Of a DNA stretch of 64,000 nucleotides, positions 36,502 to 51,744 are shown piece by piece. The stretch comes from Azolla caroliniana (taxonomy: Eukaryota; Plantae; Polypodiophyta), in assembly GCA_043228905.1 (NCBI GenBank), contig JBHGNT010000013.1:14136001-14200000 (forward strand). The letters are read 5' to 3'. How positions within the stretch are numbered: the first letter of the stretch is position 1; each line of letters starts with the position of its first letter. The position numbers and the translations under genes are program-made. Under the pieces are notes generated by a model, which had not been told where the DNA came from, did no database searches, and worked only from the letters and a program-made list of their open reading frames with translations.

Positions 36502-36582
36502 GTCGGTTTGGCCGAGTGGTTAAGGCGACAGACTTGAAATCTGTTGGGTTCGCCCGCGCAGGTTCGAACCCTGCAGCCGACG
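36502..36582 (+). tRNA. tRNA-Ser (anticodon TGA)
   Basis: Full cloverleaf: GTCGGTT/AGCCGAC acceptor stem, A box TGGCCGAGTGG, ACAGA-CTTGAAA-TCTGT, long variable arm, GGTTCGAACC, followed by TTTT. Confidence 0.96.
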
Positions 36583-38089
36583 ATTTTAACATCCGCTTGA
36601 TCACCACAAGCCCCCCTCAAAATTCCCTATGAGAGCCCTAGCTCTTCTCTTTTGCTTCTTCGCATGAAATCCATATAGAACATGATCACCATTGGGAAAT
36701 AATTTTGGACACCCTTGTGGTGTAGTTGATTGATTCAAAAGTAGCTCGCACTTTAGTTGGGCGCGTGTGCACATGTGGCATACGATGAGTTCTCAGCACT
36801 TCCTTAGTAGGAAGGAATTCCATACTTTTGAGCTCGAAGGGATCCTCGATTCCCTTAGTGAATGGATTGTAACTTTGCACTTGCTGAATTGTTGAGATCG
36901 AAGACACCCTTGATCCTCGTGGACAATCAATCATAGTGGGTCAAATGTATGTTTACATAATTCTCATTCCGATATTCTTCACTTGCACCCCCATTGTTAT
37001 CGGCATCTCGTAGAGTGACAAGGAAAATTTGATGGTTCATAAGATGGTCTAACATGACATCACTATCCACTCGAAAGATAGGATAATATTGTCACTAAGT
37101 TGTAACGACATGTTGCAAGTTGCAACACGATTTCCAATTGTCACCTTCATACATCTTAAAGAAAATAGTTTATAAACATCGCCACCAATTTGATCTAACA
37201 AATTCTTGCTTATTGATTCACGATTGTATGCGATTAAAATATATTTAAACTTAATGTGTGAGTTTGATAGTGCAGTTACAAAGGTTGTATTCTGTAAAGT
37301 TAGGGTTGTGACTTTAAGTCTCAAGAAGTGGATTTAGTACTAGATCATGTGTAAAAGTATGGTTTGGCAAACCACTTTTTGCAATCCAAGTGTTGAGAAC
37401 CCTCCCATTGTCTTAAAGGTAGAGCTAACAAACATATTGGAAAAGACACTTATAAACTTGTTGCTTGATATAACCACATAACTGTGATATATATGCATTG
37501 ATTAAGAGTTTGGTTGTCTTTAAATTCGGGGCAATCTATTATTGAAGTGTTTACATAAACAACTTATTTATTTTACTATGTATCAAACATACATTCCAAG
37601 AACATATAACAATTATTGTGACACATTGAAGGGAATGAAGTTAGTGAGTGTGAGAAATTGCATTCTAAGAGGGAAATAAAATGTTATAGTGTTAAATGAT
37701 TGCAAGAAATGGTGTCCTAATGTATTATTCCATAGCATCGTCATCGTTTTCTTTTTTCATGATGATTCTGTATCAATTGTTATGATATGCATTTGCTTAA
37801 AAAAGCGATGTTGTGTTTACTTTTCCAAAGAACCACATTTACAAAATGTAAAAAGGGGTGGCCAAGATGCTACATCTTCAAACAAAATATAAGAAAAGAG
37901 TGATAAAGGATTCACACCAAATGCATGTAAACATAACATTCGTCGATCACGACATTTGAATAAAAACACAAGAATACCCCTACACCCTCTAAAAAATGAG
38001 GAAGGTTTCAAAACACTAAGGTACTTTAACCCTTTATTCTTAAACGGGTTTCAAATGATGATGACATCATAAGTAAGACGAGTCGGTCG

Positions 38090-38700
38090 AAGATGGACGC
38101 ACTCGCTACAAGAACATCACTTCAGAGCCTTGGACACAAAAAACACCATCCTACCCAATTGGTTTTTAGTCCAATACATTATCATCAATATAAAGGATTC
38201 ACTTAATAGTCTGTAACATAAGATCCTTCTATGATCGGAGCATCGATTAAGAGCTTTGGACACCAAAACACCACCATCCCCAGTTAGCTAACTATCAAGT
38301 ATGATATCATCAATACAAAGGATGCATCCACTTGTCAGAGTGCGTAACATAAGATCCTTTGTCTATCAAAGAATCGATTAAGAGCTTTGGACACAAGAAC
38401 ACCATCATCTGCAATTTGGCTTATTGTCCAATAAATCACCATCCTCCCCAATTAGCTAATTGTCCAGTACAGTAGTACCATTAATAGAAAGGATGCATCA
38501 ACTCCAAAGAAGTACGTAACATAAGATCCTTCCTCGATCAGACCACCGATGAAGAGCCATTGGACACGAGAATGCCATCCCAACATAAAGGATGCGCCCA
38601 CTACAAACGTTTAAACGCAAGATCCTTCGTAGATTGAGATGAGAGCATCAGGTCAGAGATTTGGAAATTTGGACACCTGAATACTATCCTCCCCCAATTG
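38090..38700. repeat. Degenerate ~100-170 bp tandem repeat upstream of the CRM gene
   Basis: Recurring AAGGAT...CATAAGATCCTT...GAGCTTTGGACAC...CACCATCC blocks. Confidence 0.7.
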
Positions 38701-38963
38701 GCTCACTCTCCACCAGGTTACCTACCACCAATATGTATGTATATGTATACATATATGTATGTTGTGTATGTATATGATGTATGTGGGGCTTCTTCCTATG
38801 GGAGGGTTTAAGGGAAAGGGTTTTAGGATTTCACTGAGAAAGAGAGAGAGAGAGAAAGAAGGTTTAATGGAAGGCAGGTCTTCTTTCACCCCTTTTTTTC
38901 TCTCTGCCACTCTTTTTTTCTCTGTCACAGAGGTGAGAGAGAGATTTTGATGCATCAAAGAGC

Positions 38964-41900
38964 ATGGCTACCACCAATCCTGGTGCCATCATCAAGAAAC
39001 TCTTCTTTGTTGCTTTCTCTGCCACCGCTAAGCAGCATACATTATTGCTATTATCACATCCTTATCAGACCTTCATCAAGCAATCCCTCTTCTCCACCAT
39101 TGCTTCATCCTCATCATCGTCGCATGAGTTGAGTTTTTCAGAGGAAGTACAGCAGAAGAAAGAGCTATACCTCAAGAAGAAGATGAAGAAAGCAAAGAAG
39201 AAACAGAGAGAAACACCCATCATAGAGCCTCTAACAGTTCTTGAACCTGCTCATCATGACCTAAAGTTTGCATTCAGGTATAGCTACACAGAGATACCTA
39301 AAGTAAAACCAATTGGGTTTCAAGAGAAATTCTCTCCTTTTGGTCCGGGACGTCTTGATAGGCCATGGGATGGACAAGAAGCTCCCCCTGTGACCTCTGA
39401 TAAATCTGCTTCTGATACGAGAGACAGGAATAACAGTAGCAGCAGCAGCAGCAAGAAGAAGGCGAAAGTTAGTAACAAAGTCAGAACTAGAGAGGAGATC
39501 CTTGGCGAGCCTTTGACAAAAGAAGAGACCACTCAACTTCTCGAAAGTTCTTTCAAAACTACCAAGCAATTAAATATAGGTATTACTCCATGATTGTTTT
39601 ATTTGTATTATCATAACATTGTATCATCCTTAGCTTGGTAATGCAGGGAGGTTATACCATATTGTAACAATTCTTCCGTGTAAATGATGCCAGACATTTG
39701 TTTGCGTTGTTGATATGGTTTTGTATAAAGTGGTATTTCACTGGAAAACAAAACCGGTATCAGGTTAAGATCATAACTGGGTGATATGTTTTTTGTACCA
39801 ATGCGAGGGACAATGGGTTTTACATAGATGCAAAGAATTTTTTTTTCGACTTTCCACCCTTAGATTCTTCGAATGGAGATCACACTATTATGATAGATGA
39901 CCTAAATTTGACTTTGAATTGGCAAAGGAAGTTCTATATACTATTATACTCTCATGTTGCTGGTATCTGTGTACGATGTTTGCACTTGGTAGACAGCGCA
40001 CATGTTATGTGCAAATACAATTTGAACGGCTACAAAATTTCAATGAACTGATATCTCGACACCAAAGCAGATGAAATCGGCTTATATCTCCCATTGACCT
40101 CCTATTCCATCGATTATTAACCTGAAATTTCTGGAAAAGTGTCTAATCAGTATTAGCATATTTCATGCATCTAGTGCAGATACAAGTATTTCACCGCGTC
40201 TCATTTTGTACATGTCTTGTCATATTCCCAACTAGAAGTGAGAAATTTACTTACATTATATGTTTATTTGGAATTTTATTTTTAAACCCTCATTCCAACC
40301 TGCAGGTAGAGATGGTTTGACCCACAACATGCTCATCAATTTCTATAATTATTGGCAACGGGATAGTGTGATACGGGTGAAGTGCAAAGGGGTGGCAACT
40401 ATTGATATGGACAATATTATCTTTCAGATAGAGGTAGACTATCTCATCTCCTTCCTCTCTGTATAGCAATGGCCAATCTACCAAGTGTAGGACCTCTATT
40501 ACAATGGCAAAACACTCCACCTTCTTGGCCACACACACACACACACACACACACTCGCTCTCCCCCCTCCCCCCCGTGTATGTGTGAACCTAGTAGAGAG
40601 TCTTCTTTTGCTTATACTACCTCTATATACATTAATGCCGGCCTTGTATATGCCATAGAGACATGCTCATCCAATACATCCTAAGCATTTTTGTATGTGA
40701 AATGAAAAGTTAGACGAGATATATCAAGCACTGACTAACAAACAGCATGCATAAAGTACATTTTTGTTTTATTTGCTATTACCTTACATTTCCAATTTGT
40801 GTTGTACAAAATTATCATGTTTTTGACATGCATAACAGCAAAATATATTGGCAGATATGGTTCCTAATATATGAATATTAAAAGAGTCTTTACGTTTGGT
40901 TGTTATTTGTTCTTTGCTGTTGTTGGGTGCAAAGTATTTTATGTGTTACTTCTTTTTAGAGGATTGAGATCGTGGAAGCTCCATGTACAGGATAAAACAG
41001 GAGGAAAAGTGATCCATAGAGCTGGTGGTACTCTTCATGTGTTCAGAGGAAGATATTACAACAAGAAAGATAGACCCAACATTCCTTTAATGCTTTGGAA
41101 ACCTCATTCACCGATATATCCCAAATTAATTACACAGAAACCAGGAGGTTTGAAACTACAGGAAGCAAATGCATTAAGGAAAAGAGGCCGTCAGATCATG
41201 CCACTTTGCCGATTATGTAGATTTTGTTCTGTACTTTATTTTGCATCCAGAATGTCGCATCATATTTAGCATGTGTTTTAAAGAAAATGTGAAAAATCTG
41301 TTTTGCAGCGAAAAATGGGTACTATGCGGACCTTGTTCATCATGTAAGGGAAGCCTTTGAAGACGACGATCTTGTGAGGATAGATTGCAAATCATTGAAC
41401 ATCAGTGATTACAAGAAAATTGGAGCAAAGCTTAGGGTAAGTCCAAGCGTTAAGATCAAACAGAAAGCTTTTTAGCTAACCTGTTTGTAATGCAACATTC
41501 TTGCTTTCAGGATATGGTTCCTTGTGTATTATTATCATTTCAAGGAGAACAAATAATTCTTTGGAAAGGTAGATCCAGAAAGGTTGAGATGAACTCCACT
41601 GAGGAAGATAAAATGGAGTTTCATGTTGAAGATGAATTAGGGAATAATGCTATATGCGAGAATACTGGCAAGTCATGTGGCATTGATGATGATGCCTTTG
41701 AAGTGGATCAGACTGATAGTATATCACAGGGATACCGAAGTTCTGGAAACCACGTGTCGGATACTGATGATGATAGGGAACCAAAGGGCTCTGAAAATGT
41801 AGATAAGGATATATCTGATGCTGATGATGACAGTATATCGGATGCTTCTGAAAGTTTAGCAGAGGATATATCTGATACTCACGATGATAGTTTATCAGAG

Positions 41901-42083
41901 GGTTTTGAAAGTGTAGGTGAGGATATATCTGATACTGATGATGACAGTATATCAAAAGGTTCTGAAAGTTCAGGTGAGGGTTTATCTTATACTGATGATG
42001 ATAGTGGATCAGAGGGCTCTGAAAGTGTAGGTGAGGCTATATCGCACAGTGATGATGGTGCATCCATGGGTGCTTCAAAATAA
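38964..42083 (+). CDS. CRS2-associated factor (CAF/mCSF)-like CRM-domain organellar intron splicing factor, 5 exons
   Basis: Exons 38964-39579, 40306-40433, 40991-41216, 41309-41436, 41511-42083; motifs FRYSYTE..PIGF..FSPFGPGRLDR, GRDGLTHNML, KCKGVATIDMDN, PLMLWKP, KIGAKLRDMVPCVLLSF; acidic repeat tail. Confidence 0.92.
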
Positions 42084-44474
42084 TGTAGATGAAGCGCAAT
42101 TGATTCATCATCCATGTATAGAGCATCGAGGAAACTTCTGGTTTGAGGAAATTCTTTATGGATGAAGACAATCAGATGAGTACAGTCATGACTCTGATAA
42201 CATTTCTATAGACAGAAAAGTTTGTAATATTGACAAGAAGACACTACAGGAGAAATAAGAGAAGCAAATTCCATGTGAATAGAGGATTAATTGCTCTTGA
42301 AACTTAAAAGGGATTTGGTACTAATTCTCGTGTCTTGAACTGATCACAAAAATGTCGCTTTTCTCTCCATGCGGGCTTAGGGTTATTGTCTTGTGGCCTC
42401 ACTCTAGGGACACCCTCTGAGCTCTCATGCAAGTAAAGGAAATATCAGTATATCCCTCAATTTCTCAACAAAGCTCAATTTTTGGGTACATTATTGCTGT
42501 TAGTGTAGTTAATTCATGGACATATGTTTAGCTGAAGTAATGGCAGATAAGACTTCCATCACTTCAGGTAGAGATGAAACATTGATCTGTGATACCACCT
42601 GAAATGGGGTCACTTGTGTGGCAAAAATGAGTTTAGGGCCCACTCACATTTAAGCTTGAGCTAAGATGCAATCGGGAGAGCAAATCAATGGTAAGGAGTA
42701 ACCTTTATAATAAACTACTAGCAGTGATGAATCATATTATGGTTCCTTAAATATTGTCACTGTGATTAATATGGGTTCTTTATCAATTTAAGTGGGTGTC
42801 TTTTCTTTTCCTTGAATTTCTTTGTTGAATCTTGTCTAATTCTCTTTCTCTGGTGTACATCATAATCACTGTCATGTTTTTCTCATTATTAAAACACATG
42901 CATTGACGAGTAATTTGCAGACGTGCAAACCACCTTTGTGCACTAGCAACAATGCAAATGCTAATTGCTTAATCTTTGCAGCTATTATTTGATATTTCTC
43001 TGCCTGTTGTACCTGACCCCACACTTTACATTTCCTCTTTAGAATGGTAGCTGTAAAATTGATTTTGTTTGTAGTTTAATAGGGCGATCTACTGTTTTCT
43101 TGATGTCAAGCCTTCACAAGTAGATTTGCATAAGTGCAAATGGATCAGTTGATTTATAAACAAAAAAGCGTGCAATCTGTGCTCTATCAGGATTGGTGGT
43201 ATAGGCACAGTGGTCAGACATTCAGTGAGCTTTTTGGTCATGTAAACACAACCTTTATGGTTTCCTTATGATATATATCCAAAACTGATTCTTGCAGGCT
43301 ATGGATAAGAGAAGACCCCACATATCATCAAAAGCAGCCACAGGGCACGATCTACTACAAGAACTTTCTAGTAACCATCCAGATTTTGTCCTCCTCATCA
43401 CTATTATGTTCTCAGAGCAACCTTCACTCAACCGACTGCCAATGGATCTGACCTTCCACCAAACAGCAATAGCCTCCTTGTTACTCCTCTTGACTTTCAC
43501 ACCTCGATAAAGCTCATGTGAGGCCATGCAACACGTGGGTTTATGGACTAAAACACTCCTCAAAACTTCTGAGTTTCGCTGTGGAGTTCTCATATCTAGG
43601 CACCTAGACGACTCAATGTTGCTTTGGATCACGTCACCCATTATATGGATCTGTGCAGATGCAGATAGTGTCCATCTCCCTTGCAGACAGCCGTGTACAA
43701 ACACAACCAAAAGCTAAGTTTGGATTTACAAGTAAACCGTGAACAAAACAATGTAGCACCTTGCAAATGCTACCTTTGCGTTTAGCTTTGCTCTTATACT
43801 GGATGCTCCAAGAGCTCCTATCCAAAGCCTTATCTCTCGAGTGAGACTGTTGTCTTAAATCCTCATGGTATTATGACCAATGTGTGATTTCTTATCTTTA
43901 TCATTAAGAAGCATTAATTTTCCATAGATTGCGTAAAAGATTGTGCAACATTGAGGATTTATTGGAGCAACATCGAAATCATTACCAAGTCGCACCAAGT
44001 CGCATGAAACTTGGAAGTGAAGTTGATAGGTATTATAATGGTTTCAAACTTTCAACTATTCTGAAGCTCATCATACTTGAGTAGCTAAAAAATATTGAAT
44101 GAGGGCACAAAGATTAAATAAGAAGATAAAGAGTGAGCATTAGCTCATTGGAGGCACATATAGATGAAGGAAAAAAACCAAAGTTTATCTTAAAATGTCG
44201 TGAAGTTCTATACAGTAAAGATCTCTCACAAGTACATTCCATATGCTAAATATTACAGGGGATGGAGGAAAATATACATTAACACGGCGTTTACAACAGG
44301 AACAAACCTGCCACTCAGAAAAAGGTATTATAGTGTGAGGTGTGTGAGCTAAAATAAATCATGTGGGATCATTAAAACCCTGTTCAAAGCCACCATCAGA
44401 ACTGTACATGCTGCCCTGATTTCTAGAAGGGGAAAAAACCTGGCTTTGTCATTCTGTGTAAGATGATATGTAGA

Positions 44475-45548
44475 CTAGGCCTTGAGATCACCTGGGAGCT
44501 TTACTACAGTTACCGGACAAGGAGCATTATTCACCACATAGTTGCTCACACTACCTAGCATTGCCCTGCACATTTATGAATTGATTTGAGTAACAAGTCT
44601 AAATTGAGATCTAAGTATTGCATTTCAAATTGTATATGCATTAGGGAAACAATCAGAAATACCCCTGGTCAATCCCTGAAAGAGGATGAATTGACATTTC
44701 CCAAATAAACATAAAATGGCTCGAGGAGTTGACCAAGGGCATTTTTGGGAAATAAAGAAAAACTTTTGCACACTATCATGGAGATGCCAACCTCTTTAGT
44801 GACCCCAATCCACGACTTCCCATGACTATGCAATCTACTGGTAGATCAACCACTGCATCACAGATTTTCTCCCTAGCATCACCCCAATAAACTTTGAAGA
44901 GAACCTCAAGCTGATTTGCACACACAAAGCATAAACATTACTGCGTTGCTGATAGCAGTTAATAATGAACAAGTATTGAGATCCATATATTGCTCAATTA
45001 GGGTTGCTATGACTTGAGCAAACACCATGCAATTTTGTGTGGAGACCAGATCAATGATCTGATTATCTCAATTGAAACACATAAATGCACATAATTATGG
45101 ATCACATATTTCAAGATGATTTGTTTGTGTGAGGGTTACCTAATATCATACATGGGAAATAAAACCAATAAGAGAAGATTCCATACTTGTTTCTCTTGGG
45201 CCTCCTGTTGAAGTAACAAAGGGATCTGTAGATCATCTACAATCCCATACTTAACCCCTCCAAAGTCTGTTGCGGGGATCAGTGCTGTACAGAAACAGCT
45301 ATTTTATCAGAAATTTTGATTCAGACAGATGAAACCTCATCAAATCATCAAGATTAATATAGATCCAGAAGAAAACCATTAGTATAAATGCAATAAGCTA
45401 TTAACACAACATAAAACATTGCATATCTGGATCGTCTCAAAACAAATATTTATGATGATCTAGTTTAGAACTTCTAGCAGTGTCTCTTAAGACGACCTAC
45501 TCACACCTTCTAAATTCCCACTACACCCCTGAAAGATCACATACGTAC

Positions 45549-45584
<36 letters not shown>

Positions 45585-46381
45585 ATATGACAATTAAGCA
45601 AGAAGGAAAGGTAGATGCATGAAGTAGGAGCCCACAAATCTCTCAGATAATATACGTTTCACAAACATAAGACATATATTTCAAAACAAATATGATGTCT
45701 GAGATTGTTCTTGATCCTTTACTTGAGTTTTGGGAAGAATCATTAGTCAACAGGCTTGAACGAATTGTGGGAAGTGTGATACCAAACCATTAAAGATGGT
45801 GAAAAGGAAGTAGAAACTTTACCATGAATCCCTATTTCACTTATGAAGTTTTCCAATTACCCTCTCCCTTCCCTAACAATTCAATATAATTTCTCTTTCT
45901 ACCTATGCCACTTCCAAATAAAAAAAGCCTTCTTTCCCAGGGATTGAAAATAATTCTCTTTTCATGTACGAAATTTCCAATAAAACAATCTTCGCCTAGG
46001 ATCCAGTATCAGTTTCCCTTCCATCTATGCCATTTCCAATAAGAAAATCTCTCTTTCTGAATGATTTTCTCCTTCCATTGATGTCTCGCACACAAACAAG
46101 ATAAACTAAGAAGCATAAGACACAAGATCCACAATTGGTATCTCTTCTCCTCAAAACAAAGATCATTGAAGAAAGAGGGAAATTGAGTTGAAGAGAGTGT
46201 ACTTACGAGATCCACTTTCCTGCCACAGGTGCATCTCTCCGATTTCATTTAACTTCTTATTGACGACGATGCAGATGACGCAGTCTCCTTCCTTCACAAT
46301 GTTCTTCAAGCCCCATTCCAAAGCATACTTGCTCCCGGCGGAGAAATCCAGGGGAATCCCGATTCTCCGAGCAGCGGCCAT
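44475..46381 (-). CDS. Universal stress protein (USP/UspA domain), 4 exons
   Basis: Exons 46381-46207, 45284-45187, 44910-44792, 44565-44475; [66 protein letters not shown]. Confidence 0.93.
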
Positions 46382-46441
46382 AGATTAGATACGAGATAAA
46401 AAGGAGGAGGGAAGAAGGGAGAAAGTCAGAAGACAGAAGGA

Positions 46442-46479
<38 letters not shown>

Positions 46480-49400
46480 GGAAGGGGGAAAGAATTGAAG
46501 AGATATTTCTTCTTTCTTGCTTTCTTTCAGTTTTATATGCAGAAAGGAAGGAAAGGAAGGAAGGAAGGAAGGAAGGAAGGAGGGACGACTGGCGATGGCG
46601 ATGGCTACAGACGGAAATTCGGAAAGCGTGTTCAGAAAATAAAGAGGAGGAAGAAATGCTGTCTACTTTTCCATGGGCGGCCAAATTCATAAATAATCCA
46701 AACAAATGATCAAATATGGATGACTTGTATTTTGGCTCTACATATGTATATGTATCCGTATATGCATGTATGTATGTATTTCATAGTTTCATACATCTGT
46801 ATATGCATGTCTTTGTATATACGTATACCTACACATGCGTACACTCATACATTTCTTTCGTTTGATTCGTGTATATAACTATATCATACATATATGTATG
46901 TATATATACGCTATTGAGATAACACGACAACACAACAAACGAACCTGTATTTGTTTGTTGATGTAACTACTTGTTGTGACATAAAGGCGACTCCTTTCAG
47001 CTCTGCTTGTTCCAGTTCATGATGGTTGTCGTGTTACTCCATTGATAGATTTGACATGTTTTTAACATCCACGGGAGACTGATTGCGATCAAACTGAGAG
47101 GGGCCCTGGTAGATGCCTAGGATCGAACTTTGGTTCTCTCAATTTTATGACTTTTTGACACTATGGTGTAAACTATCGAACCAATTCCATACAAACCGGT
47201 CATATATAACAACCTGTTTCCTTCCAATTGTATCGCCGCCCCCAACACCTAAGGTATTTGTTAAATACTCCCTCGTCTTGTGGGGAGGGTAAAGCTTTGG
47301 CCTCCTAAACAAAAACCACATACACCCATCAAAAGGGTTATGAAATTATCCCATCTTAAGGATGCCCAAAGTTGTTGCAATTTAACAACCCAATATAGAT
47401 TCTGGCAACCTCATGCACATGTAAGGGATTCTTGATTGGCATCCACCTCAAACCCATATTGTACAAAAAAAAATGTGCGTCCTATATTTTGAAAATGTGG
47501 TAGCTTTTTTTAATCTACAACTAAAGGTAGCGTGATTGTCATTCCTTGACAAAGAAACACTTATGCATGTAATGGCATTTATATGAGATTGTCATCCTAT
47601 GTTCTAACCCTTGGTGCAATAATTTGCAATGTTAGTAACATCTTCACCCCAACCAAACCCTCATTCAACCCTGGTAGATATCAACTTTTTCCACAAATTA
47701 ATAGATTATCTCCTCTCAAGCTTGAGTTCGTACACACAACTTTCAAGAGGTCGAAAAAATGTTCCTCTCTCTCTCTCTCTCTCTCTCCCTCTCTCTACTA
47801 GTACTTGTTTTTCGTGTCACTCTTATGATAAGCCAAGTACACCATTTGGTTCAACTCTAATTGATGTCAAATTTTTTTGTCCCAAGTACACCATTTGGTT
47901 CAACTCTAATTGATGTCAATTTATTTGATATTTGATTGTTCACTATATTGGATGACGCCCAGGTTGAACGCATGTATACGCCGGTCTATGTTTGAAAACC
48001 TTACTAATTAATGTGCATCATCTACTCTCTGTTGCTTTCTCTCTAAGAATTTTGAGAGGGAAATATATTCTAAGATTTCTTTGCATTTATAAAGGCATAT
48101 GTACACAAAATTGTTTGGGTTTTCATTTATTTATATGTAGTTATTTGAGATGGTTGAGTTTGACGCCTACTTAAATTGAAGGGACAAGGTCGTGGCATTT
48201 CTATATTATATAATCGGATACTTTTAAGGAATAAATGATGTTGAACTATACAACAAATGATAATTATATATTACATAGTCATTTGATGTGGTGGAGTTTG
48301 GAACCTACTTGCCTACTGCATCTTCCTGAAGTTTCTCATCTCGTTTTTTCAACTCCGAATTGCTTTCTTTATTTATTGCAATGGATTATATTTGCATTTG
48401 TTAAACACGTTCCGATAAAAAGAATTTGTAATCTATACAACAAAATAGTGAAAATATCAACATTATGCACATATATTCATTTGATGTGCTTGCATTCGAA
48501 ACGTATATGGCACGCACGTCTTCATGGTTGTCTTTTTTTATTATTGTGCGCACGCACGCACTCATGCACACCTCTTCGCAAAATCTTGCCTCCTTGTTCA
48601 ATGTTTCCTTTATTTTTGTTTTGCTTATAATGGGTATTTTTGGTATAGGAATAAACAACTTGGTCAACTAAACGGCTTAATCAAACCATAAATGGAATAT
48701 GTTGATTAATGCAATGGCAAATTCCAAGAGTGCACGCATTTGCCTCATGGAATATTTGGAATGTTTGTCTGTACTATGGCTATCGTGCCAATCATAAACA
48801 ATTCAACAATTAATGGAGATGGATCAAAGGAGGTGAATTGCTACACTGGTAAACTTTCAGGTCAACCCACGAATGTGATGTTTGCAATTTTGGATTGATT
48901 GAATACTTGCCGTAAATGTGAAAAACATATTTATTGCCCTAGAATTAACCTTTTGACAAAAGGATGTTACTTGGGACATTCTTTCTTCCCCAATGTGGGT
49001 GGTTACATCTCCAATTGTATTTGGCCATGCTAACATCCCATTGTGCCAGAGTGTTAAAGTATGAAGCTATGTTTCAAATGTTGAGAATTATGTCCTGGAT
49101 ATAAGAGCCTACACAATTTAGATAGGACGTGCCTAGTTTGGTGAGGTCCATGGACCATATTAGGTTCTCAACCTCATAGAGCATTGGTCCAAAAAAATCC
49201 AATTTCATCTACTAATGTTTATAGAGTTGATGGTGGTTGACACTTTAGGGAGACATGAATGGAAACAAGCTCTTAAATGTCTAAACATAACATGGTACAT
49301 CCATGTGTGAACACAACTCTTTCAAAATTGAGAACATTTCACATGATCTACAACTAAAGATGATTTATTGATCAATAAACTTAACCTAAACAAGAAGATT

Positions 49401-51744
49401 AATAGTATTGGCCATATGGCAGGCTCTTATAAATTGATCACATATGTAAAGTAGTTAAAATATGGAATAAGGAAAAAGAAGGTACAATTTTGTTGATTAC
49501 AAAACTAGCCATCCCATAAGATGCCGAATATTCAATACACAATCATGAAAGGATCCTTAAAGAACTGCATTGAATTTAAAGAGGAATGAAAGGAGAATGC
49601 ATGTGATGGGGGTATGATCTCTCCACCATCACCTATAATAATATAAACACCGTGTAACACATCAAGAAAGGGGGGTATTAGTGGAGTTTATGTTGTGGTT
49701 ACACTTTGTGTCAACTCTCCCCCACTTTATAATGAAATGTTTTAAGTAGTTATATGGTTATGGTTATTAAACACATATTCATACACCTGCCAAATTTTGC
49801 CGTATATAGCAACCTCAACATCCTAAGCTACCCTTGAAGCCTAAGTAGCTAACTTACTTGTCCAACATTAGCAAGATGGGGCAACTTCCGCCCTCTAGCT
49901 AGTTTATAATTGACTCTTCATCCACTGTCATACGAGCACAGTCGAGTGAAACATGTTTGATATTGTCAGTTATGAGTAGGTTGTTCATGATCAACACTAT
50001 CCATTACATCCCCGATAACAAAAACAATTATAAAAAATAAGAATAAGTCCCCTAATAAAATATATGAGAAATATAGAATTTTGTCTTACCGTTGATTATA
50101 AAAACAAGGGTTTGATCTTATGGCTTCTTATTGGCATATATAATTGGTGTCATCTAGTTCACTATGCTTGAATATGCCACAAGTTTGTTTGATTCTAAAT
50201 TTGCTTGGTCCTCAACTAATGATGAATATAAAATCAAGTGTTATAATTCCTAGCCAATTACACATGACCTATCCTCTTCTTCAACCATACCATAAAATAT
50301 TGCTTAGTTCAATTGTTTTCTTTTATGTGATCCACCATTCTATGAATTAGATTTTGTTATGCACTCCTTTTGTTGAACATAGGCACGACGATTATATTGT
50401 GAGGATATGCCAACATCATAGTTTTTAAAATTATTAATATGTATATGACGAGGCATTTGTCTACATTCATATAAAGCATGTCAATTCACACGCCCAAAAT
50501 GTTCACTTCTAAAGGGATATTTGATTCCTTGTCTAATGTTCAATCATACACAATGGACATAAGCACATTATATATAGTTACAAATTCCTTAATTTATTAT
50601 TGCTCAACACCTAGTACTATTGAATGCATACATGAATATTTCGATCTATTTTCAAGATATTAATTCATAGACAATGAGGAATATAAGATGCATACTATTC
50701 ACTTGTCTTTGTTGTCCTAGTTTCTAAACCATACAGAACAAATACTAATTGGACTTTAAAAAGTTGTTGAGACATACATAATTGACCAATGCATGTCGAC
50801 CATGGAACTCCCCATTTTCATTCCTTTGTGCAAGGGACCTTATATTAGCCTCAAGCTTTGCCTTCATATTCTTGTCTAGTCATTGGGGCTAAGAAGACGT
50901 CTGTATTTTTTGTTAATATTCCCAACAATTTTATGTTGAAAAGTGTTTACTCTGTTCTATTTTGACTAGTCAATTGCATGTATAACACTAAGATGTACTC
51001 TCAAGTTGGATATATTTATTAGAATATGAACTTGAAGTTGAGGTAGTGTTACTCTTGAGCTCTCTAAGAAAAGGTTGAAATTGAAGTCCAAGATTTCACA
51101 TTCTAGTGCTTGCTGAAAACACAAGAAAATTTGAGGATTCTACTTTAAAAGGCGATCACTTAGTTACAAAATTAGGTCTTTGGATTAAGGCGGGGATTCT
51201 TTGGAAGATTAATTGGTGAGTTTTCTTTAATAAAAAAGGAATTACAAGCTTTTATAAAGACTCTTTGTAATTGCTCGTAAATCATGAGTGGGATAAGCTA
51301 TGAGTGAAGTTCTCTTAAGCTTTATCATTATCTTCACTATTGTAGATCACCAATCTTTCTTTTAATGTAGCTCTCATCATACAAAGGTGAGTTCGGAATG
51401 TTGGAGCTTAGGCTTTCTAAATATTTACGTGGCATTCTCAAAGGTGAGACAACATTTTAAGATGTAATCTCTTGTTTGATCTTATAAGCTATGTTGGCTC
51501 CTTAAAAAGACATTAATATATATTTCTTCTTCCTTTTTCCTCCTTATGGTGAATACTACCTAGTTGTATGTAAGCTCAAGGGAATGAGTTGTCAACTGCA
51601 ATAAGTGAGGTAAGTTTTGAATGATGTATTTTTAGCATTGTTGTGGTCTTCACTAATTATGTATGCCCTTAAACAATGACATGTTTTCAAGTTGCTTTTT
51701 ACGTTCTTGATTACATATTGAAAATGATTGTTGTGATTAAGAGG

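Noticed and set aside
36686-37324. Possible decayed gypsy protease region next to the tRNA gene
   Set aside because: No intact catalytic motif, LTR or TSD visible; too weak to call or to infer tRNA-targeted insertion.
43255-43825. Possible LINE ORF2 relic between the CRM and USP genes
   Set aside because: Only vague Trp-rich similarity; no diagnostic motif.
48700-51700. Long AT-rich intergenic stretch with hints of decayed coding sequence (also 54600-56450)
   Set aside because: No supportable ORF, terminal repeat or motif found by eye.
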